A DNA stretch of 19,946 bases from Phycisphaerales bacterium (GTDB lineage Bacteria > Planctomycetota > Phycisphaerae > WQYP01): positions 1 to 19,946 of the forward strand of contig DAIDJN010000078.1 in the NCBI GenBank assembly GCA_027451365.1. Reading direction: 5' to 3'. The stretch's first letter is position 1. Every line of letters begins with the position of its first letter. Made by a program: the position numbers and the translations under genes. The notes below the pieces were generated by a model, which was given only the letters and a program-made list of their open reading frames with translations, was not told the origin of the DNA and did no database searches. Positions 14,699 to 19,946 of this stretch are shown piece after piece.

Positions 14699-16003
14699 TC
14701 AGAGGTTTGCACCGCTAATCAGGGACAATATCAAACCAGCTAATCCGAGTGCCGGAATACACGCATAACCGAAAAAGTGCATCAACCCGCCAGCCAGATA
14801 GGTCCCGATCACTGTTCCGGCCGCGTTGGCGGCGTTGTTGAGCCCTTGTGCGGCCCCCTGACTCAAAGGGCTGAGAACCGATGTTAATTCAGTGCCTGTC
14901 ACGCTGATGACGGGCCAGGACAGCACAACCGTCACGAACGCCAGCAGTGCCCCCGCTGCTGACCAGCCTCCCTGTGGCAGAAACATCAGTGCCAGCATGA
15001 ACCCAAAACCAGCCAGTCGCACCAGGCGGCCTATGCGATAAATTCGGCCCTCGCCAAATTTTCGCGACCATGTGCCGGTCAGGTTATACAACAGCACACC
15101 GCCCCCTGCAGCCAAAGCATAAGTCAAAGAGGTCACTCCGGGCGCGACTTTAAAGGCAGATTTAAGAAAAAGCGGAAAATAGGCAAAAAAGCCGGATACG
15201 CCTAAAAATATAAAAAACCACGACAAAAGAAATCTGCCGAACCGTGTCGGCAAAAGCTGGCGAACACTTTTAATACCCGCCAGATTCAAAAATACCGCGT
15301 GCCGCAACAGTCCACCGCCCAGCAGTTCCACCCTGGCAAAACGTGCCAGCACGGAAAAGTCCAGGCTTTGCCGGTGTTGTTCCCCCGCGGGAATATTCAC
15401 CCTCCGTACCGGCGCAGCACGCGATTTGAGACTTAGCAGGCCTGGCAATAAAGCTGTCAGCAGCAGAGCCGCCCCGGTTAGCAATCCAAGCCGATACCCT
15501 GCTGCGGAAAATATTCCCGCACACAGCAGCCCGGCCACCTGCCCGGTGCCGTTGAAGGTCTGAAGCCAGCCTATCCGCGGCGTCCATTCCTCTCGGGGGT
15601 GAAATTCCACCACAAACAATGTGGCACATGTGGCTACTGCTGAACTTCCCGCGCCCATAAGCAAAGCCAGCAGGAACCACTCCACCAGGCCGTGCGCCAG
15701 AGTGAAGAACACAAGGCTTGCGGCCTCCAGCAGCAATCCGCCGCAAAATACGCTGCGGAATATTTTCTTTTGTTCTGCCAGCCGCCCCCAAAGCGGGCTG
15801 CTTAACGCCCCCATATTAAATGCGCCCATCACATAACCGACATCGGCCAGTTGATGGGAAACCGCCACCATCATCAGTGGCAGCAGCACTGGAATTAAGC
15901 CGGATGACACCGCTCCCAGCAATGCATAGGCGGCATACCACGGTTCGACCCATTGGCGCGGTCCACGTATTGTGTTCCAGACAATTTGTTCCAGACTGCT
16001 CAT
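14699..16003 (-). CDS. Major facilitator superfamily transporter, substrate unknown
   Basis: 434 aa with two bundles of about six hydrophobic helices around a central polar loop; motif-A-like WGRLAE and GTWSRKFG; SQGAAQGLNNA near TM11. Confidence 0.9.
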   Translation of the reverse strand: MSSLEQIVWNTIRGPRQWVEPWYAAYALLGAVSSGLIPVLLPLMMVAVSHQLADVGYVMGAFNMGALSSPLWGRLAEQKKIFRSVFCGGLLLEAASLVFFTLAHGLVEWFLLALLMGAGSSAVATCATLFVVEFHPREEWTPRIGWLQTFNGTGQVAGLLCAGIFSAAGYRLGLLTGAALLLTALLPGLLSLKSRAAPVRRVNIPAGEQHRQSLDFSVLARFARVELLGGGLLRHAVFLNLAGIKSVRQLLPTRFGRFLLSWFFIFLGVSGFFAYFPLFLKSAFKVAPGVTSLTYALAAGGGVLLYNLTGTWSRKFGEGRIYRIGRLVRLAGFGFMLALMFLPQGGWSAAGALLAFVTVVLSWPVISVTGTELTSVLSPLSQGAAQGLNNAANAAGTVIGTYLAGGLMHFFGYACIPALGLAGLILSLISGANL

Positions 16004-16111
16004 GCTTTTCTATTAGCGAATTGTCCACATTTTTGCAAACACGCGATAAAGCCAAACTCTTTGTTTGTAGTGATCCATCTGTTCCGATCCCCGAAAAATT
16101 GTTTCGACATT

Positions 16112-16140
16112 TTGAGTTAACTCTACACTGGGGATATGCT
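16112..16140 (+). promoter_or_regulatory. Putative promoter for mrdA-rodA
   Basis: TTGAGT (16112-16117)-N17-TATGCT (16135-16140). Confidence 0.45.
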
Positions 16141-16214
16141 TAATATTATCGTGTTCCAGTGCCACACCGGCCTGGCTGTTTAATGCGGCAACTCACGGTG
16201 GTTGATTGGTTCAA

Positions 16215-18275
16215 ATGCTTAAGCGACGGCTGATTCTTCTTCTGTTTCTGGCACTTGTGGCGATGGGCATTGTGGGTGCCCGTCTGGCGGTATTGCAGAT
16301 TGCGCAGGCCAAATTCTGGAAACAGCAGGCCAGACGCTTCAGCTACCGCCATTTTGTTATCCCCACCACACGCGGTGCCATTGTGGACCGCAACGGCGTG
16401 GTACTGGCGGTAGAGGAACCGTGTTACAACCTGGAAATTGAATACCAGGCCATGAATCGCGATGACCATTGGATAAACAGCCACGCCATTGGCCAGCTTC
16501 GCCGCAGGTATCCACACAATGTGCGAGCCATCATCGCCCATCTGCCCGCGCAGCGCCGTAAAATAGCCGCGGAACTCCGTTCACTTCCGCGGGTAATCGC
16601 AAAAATCTGCGGCGTGCCTGAACGCAAAGTCTTACACCGCTTTGATCTTATCCGCGCCCGCATGCAGTTGCTGCGGCAGGATATCTGGACTCTGCGATAC
16701 AGCCATCACAATGCCACTCAGGCGGATGAATCGCCCGCCGAAGTCCTTAACCGCATCGCCCAGGCTGGCCATTTGGATCTGATGGAAGCCCACGAAGCCC
16801 ACACCATTGTGCCTGATGTTTCCGATGCGGTGGCCTTTTATTTTAAAAAACATGCCGACCGATATCCCGGGCTGGTTATTGCCGCAGGCACGCACCGTGT
16901 TTATCCGTTGAATTCAGTTGCCGCCCAAATTATCGGCACCATGCGGCCGGCCGGTCCAGCGGCCATTCACGCGAATCCTTTTGTGTTGCCCGATCTGATT
17001 CCAGGAACCTTGACCGACACCCGAGGCAACCTTGGCGGCCTGCTTCCAGGGGATCTGGTGGGCGCATCGGGCGTGGAACTCGCGGCCGATGCCCTGCTGC
17101 GCGGCCGACGCGGCGTGAAACTGTTGAATCTGGATGGGAAAGTTGTGCCGGCCGATACGCGCCCGCCGCGAGCCGGAAAAACGGTCCGATTGACCCTGGA
17201 TGCTCGCCTTGTGCAAACGCTTCAACGGCAATTGCTTGCCCCGGCCAGCAAACTGCTGAATTTTGATGGCTCCATGCACAACTGCGCACTGGCGGTCATT
17301 TCCATTCGCACCGGGAATGTTCTGGCGATGCTGTCCCTGCCAACCTATAACGCCAATTCGTATCATCGCGATTTTACCAAACTTGCCGCGGACAATGCCT
17401 TTCCATTGCTTAATCGCGCGATTGACAGTCCCTATCCACCGGGCAGCATTGTCAAACCAATTGAATCCACATTTGCTGTTCTTGACGGTGTGATTACGCC
17501 CAATACAGTCATCAACTGCGGAGCTTATTTTTTCCCGGGGCATCCCAATGTCTTCCGGAATTGGACCTATCCGGTCGCGCCCGGCCCGTTGCGGCTTACC
17601 GCCGCCATTGAACAATCATGCGATACCTATTTTTACCGCGTGGGTATGCTTCTGGGGCTTAAGCGACTGGTGCGGGGCTACCAATCTTTCGGACTTGGAT
17701 CCCCCACCGGGGTCGGCCTGGCCGACGAAACCGGCGGATATCTGCCGCGAATTGTCGGTAATCTGACCCGGCCTGCGGACCGCACCAACGCCATTTTCAT
17801 GGGAATCGGGCAAGGGCCGATTGCGGTGACGCCTCTGCAAATGGCCAATGCCTACGCCGGCATGATGCGCGGCGGGATTTGGGAAAGTCCGCATCTTATT
17901 GACGGTCTTCCCCGTTTGCCCGAGCATCAAATTCCCATGGCTGCGTCTGCGATGCCCGCCATCGAACAAGGGATGTATCTGGTCGTGCATGGCCATAGCG
18001 GCACCGCGCCTGTTTTGAATATGCATCTGCCGGTAGCCGGCAAAACCGGAACCGCGCAAACCCATGAAGTGGTGGTGGAAAACGGACACAAGACAATCGT
18101 GAAAGGCGATGACGCCTGGTTCGCCGGTTATGCACCAGCCGACGCGCCGCGGTATGCTTTTGCGGCAGTCGTGGAGATGGGCGGCGACGGCGGAAAGCGG
18201 GCTGGCCCCATTGTGCGACAATGCCTGCTGGATATGGAACAGGCTGGCTACCTGCCGCACCTGGACAAGCCCTGA
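16215..18275 (+). CDS. mrdA: Class B penicillin-binding protein, PBP2/MrdA type
   Basis: N-terminal TM anchor; RGAIVDRNG, RVYP, GASGVE and LTLD pedestal motifs; transpeptidase motifs PGSIVK (SxxK), SCD (the SxD variant typical of PBP2) and KTGTAQ; DDAWFAGYAP; followed by a SEDS gene. Confidence 0.92.
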   Translation: MLKRRLILLLFLALVAMGIVGARLAVLQIAQAKFWKQQARRFSYRHFVIPTTRGAIVDRNGVVLAVEEPCYNLEIEYQAMNRDDHWINSHAIGQLRRRYPHNVRAIIAHLPAQRRKIAAELRSLPRVIAKICGVPERKVLHRFDLIRARMQLLRQDIWTLRYSHHNATQADESPAEVLNRIAQAGHLDLMEAHEAHTIVPDVSDAVAFYFKKHADRYPGLVIAAGTHRVYPLNSVAAQIIGTMRPAGPAAIHANPFVLPDLIPGTLTDTRGNLGGLLPGDLVGASGVELAADALLRGRRGVKLLNLDGKVVPADTRPPRAGKTVRLTLDARLVQTLQRQLLAPASKLLNFDGSMHNCALAVISIRTGNVLAMLSLPTYNANSYHRDFTKLAADNAFPLLNRAIDSPYPPGSIVKPIESTFAVLDGVITPNTVINCGAYFFPGHPNVFRNWTYPVAPGPLRLTAAIEQSCDTYFYRVGMLLGLKRLVRGYQSFGLGSPTGVGLADETGGYLPRIVGNLTRPADRTNAIFMGIGQGPIAVTPLQMANAYAGMMRGGIWESPHLIDGLPRLPEHQIPMAASAMPAIEQGMYLVVHGHSGTAPVLNMHLPVAGKTGTAQTHEVVVENGHKTIVKGDDAWFAGYAPADAPRYAFAAVVEMGGDGGKRAGPIVRQCLLDMEQAGYLPHLDKP

Positions 18276-18398
18276 TTTCATGCGCTGGCCAACGGCCCGC
18301 CAGGACTGGTGGCGGCCAGCCGGTGCGGTATTCGGTATGATAGCGCCCGCCCCGGGCCATCTTCCGGCACGGCCGGGCATTTATGGGATTTTTTCCTG

Positions 18399-19589
18399 AT
18401 GAATATTTTTCACCGGCGAGGCTCTCAATCCGCACAAGGCGGATCAGATATAACGGTCCTGGGAAAAATCTGGAGCCAGGTTCTGCCGGAACTCCTGCGC
18501 ACACGAATCTCCTGGCTTTTTTTGCTGGCCATTGCGCTGCTTTCGCTCATCAGTCTGGCGGCGGTGAAGGTTTGCGGACCACAGCTTTTTATCCGCCAGC
18601 AGATTCACCTGGCTATCGGCGTGGCGATTCTATTTCTGGCACTGATTCCCGGCTATCGGAAAATTGGCGCTCTTTCCTATTTCTTATATGGCCTGTCGTG
18701 CCTCCTGCTGCTGGCCGTACTTTTTTCACCCGCGGTAAAGGGAAGCCATCGGTGGTTTATCCTTCCCGGCGGGATGAACTTCCAACCCAGCGAACTGGCG
18801 AAAATTGCCTTCGTTCTAGCGGTGGCCTGGTCGTTGCGTATGCACCGCGAATGCCGCGAATTTCGTAAGTTGCTTTTTCCTTTTGCCCTTATGATTCCGC
18901 CCATGTGTCTGATTCTTGTGGAAAGCGACCTGGGAACCGCGCTTTTATTTCCCCCCGTGCTGTATGCCATGCTGATTGCCGCAGGCGCGCGGTTCCGCCA
19001 CCTGATCGCGATTGCCCTTATCGTGCTGGCCGCGGCTCCGTGGACTTACACATTTCTCAAACCATATCAAAAGCAGCGAATTGTCGCCCTGTTTACGCAT
19101 GGCAAACCGACCAAGGCCCAATTGCACGGAAATTTGTATCAAAAGCAGCAGAGCGAAATTGCCGAAGGCAGCGGTGCCCTGGCCGGGCGCGGATTGCGCG
19201 GAGCAGACGAAATTCGCCATGGCCTTCTGCCCGAGGCCGCCAACGATTTTATTTTTGCAGTTGTGGGCAGCCAATGGGGTTTTCTTGGCTCGGTCACTAT
19301 CCTGGTTCTTTATCTGCTGTTTTTTGGCGGCTGCCTGGAAATTGCCGGCAATTCCGCCGATCCTTTCGGCCGATTGCTGGTCATAGGACTCTCTTCCATG
19401 ATCATACTTCAGGCGGTCATCAATATCGCCATGACCACTGGCCTGATTCCCGTGGTCGGAATTACCCTGCCATTTATGTCATATGGCGGCAGCGCCGTGG
19501 CGGCGGACATGCTGGCCACATCACTGATTCTGAACGTCGCGATGCGGGAACGGTTCCACCGCTCCGCCCTGGGTGTGCCCCCGTCATAG
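18399..19589 (+). CDS. rodA: SEDS-family peptidoglycan glycosyltransferase RodA
   Basis: KGSHRW, FQPSELAK, DLGTAL, LKPYQKQRI, LPEAANDFIF (catalytic Asp), PVVGITLPFMSYGGS; about 10 TM helices; directly downstream of PBP2. Start uncertain (ATG 18399 chosen). Confidence 0.92.
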   Translation: MNIFHRRGSQSAQGGSDITVLGKIWSQVLPELLRTRISWLFLLAIALLSLISLAAVKVCGPQLFIRQQIHLAIGVAILFLALIPGYRKIGALSYFLYGLSCLLLLAVLFSPAVKGSHRWFILPGGMNFQPSELAKIAFVLAVAWSLRMHRECREFRKLLFPFALMIPPMCLILVESDLGTALLFPPVLYAMLIAAGARFRHLIAIALIVLAAAPWTYTFLKPYQKQRIVALFTHGKPTKAQLHGNLYQKQQSEIAEGSGALAGRGLRGADEIRHGLLPEAANDFIFAVVGSQWGFLGSVTILVLYLLFFGGCLEIAGNSADPFGRLLVIGLSSMIILQAVINIAMTTGLIPVVGITLPFMSYGGSAVAADMLATSLILNVAMRERFHRSALGVPPS

Positions 19590-19887
19590 GCCGCGCAAGC
19601 CGCGGTAGCTGCTGGGATATACTTAATTGCTTCCATAGACGACGCGTCAGCAGTAGCGATATGCACATCAGCACCGCTATCGAAACCACTTTCACTTCGT
19701 CCCGTTCGACCCGATACATCGCATCCAGGCGACCTCATTCTTTTGCCAGTATAAGTAAGTTTCCCATCCTGTCCGGTTTAATTCAGAATGGGAGGCGACA
19801 CTTCTATTGTGTCCGCATTACGAACCGCGTCTTCTCGGCAGCCTGAAAATTTGAGAATCTATTGTCGTCACAAGCATAAGGAGCATG

Positions 19888-19946
19888 ATGATGACATTGG
19901 AAGCAAATGTAAAGCGGAACGCGTCGGGGTGGTACACCCGCGAATA
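19888..19946 (+). CDS. 5' fragment of a gene truncated by the window edge; possibly a REP-associated tyrosine transposase (RAYT)
   Basis: Strong RBS AAGGAG (19878-19883) followed by ATGATGATG and an open frame (M)MTLEANVKRNASGWYTRE, ending in a partial TA codon. Only ~19 codons are visible. Confidence 0.45.
   Translation, partial: MMTLEANVKRNASGWYTRE

Noticed and set aside
16914..18504. Minus-strand ORFs of 233, 254 and 202 aa
   Set aside because: Antisense shadows of mrdA and rodA without motifs.
19474..19719. 81-aa minus-strand ORF with one hydrophobic stretch (possible small membrane protein)
   Set aside because: It overlaps the rodA 3' end by 116 nt and lacks a well-spaced RBS. It cannot be supported without homologues.
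18905..19846. 313-aa plus-strand ORF overlapping rodA
   Set aside because: Alternative frame of rodA with Arg/Pro/Ser-rich, non-protein-like composition.
1..19946. CRISPR array, tRNA/rRNA genes, integron cassettes, prophage or defence genes
   Set aside because: No regularly spaced repeats, cloverleafs, attC-like sites or corresponding protein motifs were seen by eye.

Overview
Bacterial chromosomal window made mostly of housekeeping genes. Gene content and protein style suggest Planctomycetota, possibly Phycisphaerae (inference, not verified). From left to right it holds: the 3' end and right terminus of an IS1634-like transposon; a ~140-nt structured non-coding element with its own putative promoter; an rlmN-like radical-SAM methyltransferase (-); a rhomboid protease with a TPR-like tail (+); an RhlB-like GT1 glycosyltransferase (-) divergent from a large Tat-exported GH78 alpha-L-rhamnosidase (+); a PIN-PhoH protein (-); msrB; a 66-aa lipoprotein; a membrane-anchored NTF2-like protein; an RpoD/RpoS-type sigma factor (-); miaB (-); an MFS transporter (-); mrdA (PBP2) and rodA (+); and the first ~19 codons of a gene that may be a REP-associated tyrosine transposase. 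I found no CRISPR array, tRNA, rRNA, prophage or recognisable defence system. The best novelty candidates are the orphan structured RNA at 295-434, the divergent rhamnosyltransferase-like/rhamnosidase pair, a permuted DUF3395-like module inserted in the GH78, and an MsrB with an unusual cysteine layout. All family calls rest on motif recognition by eye; no searches were run.
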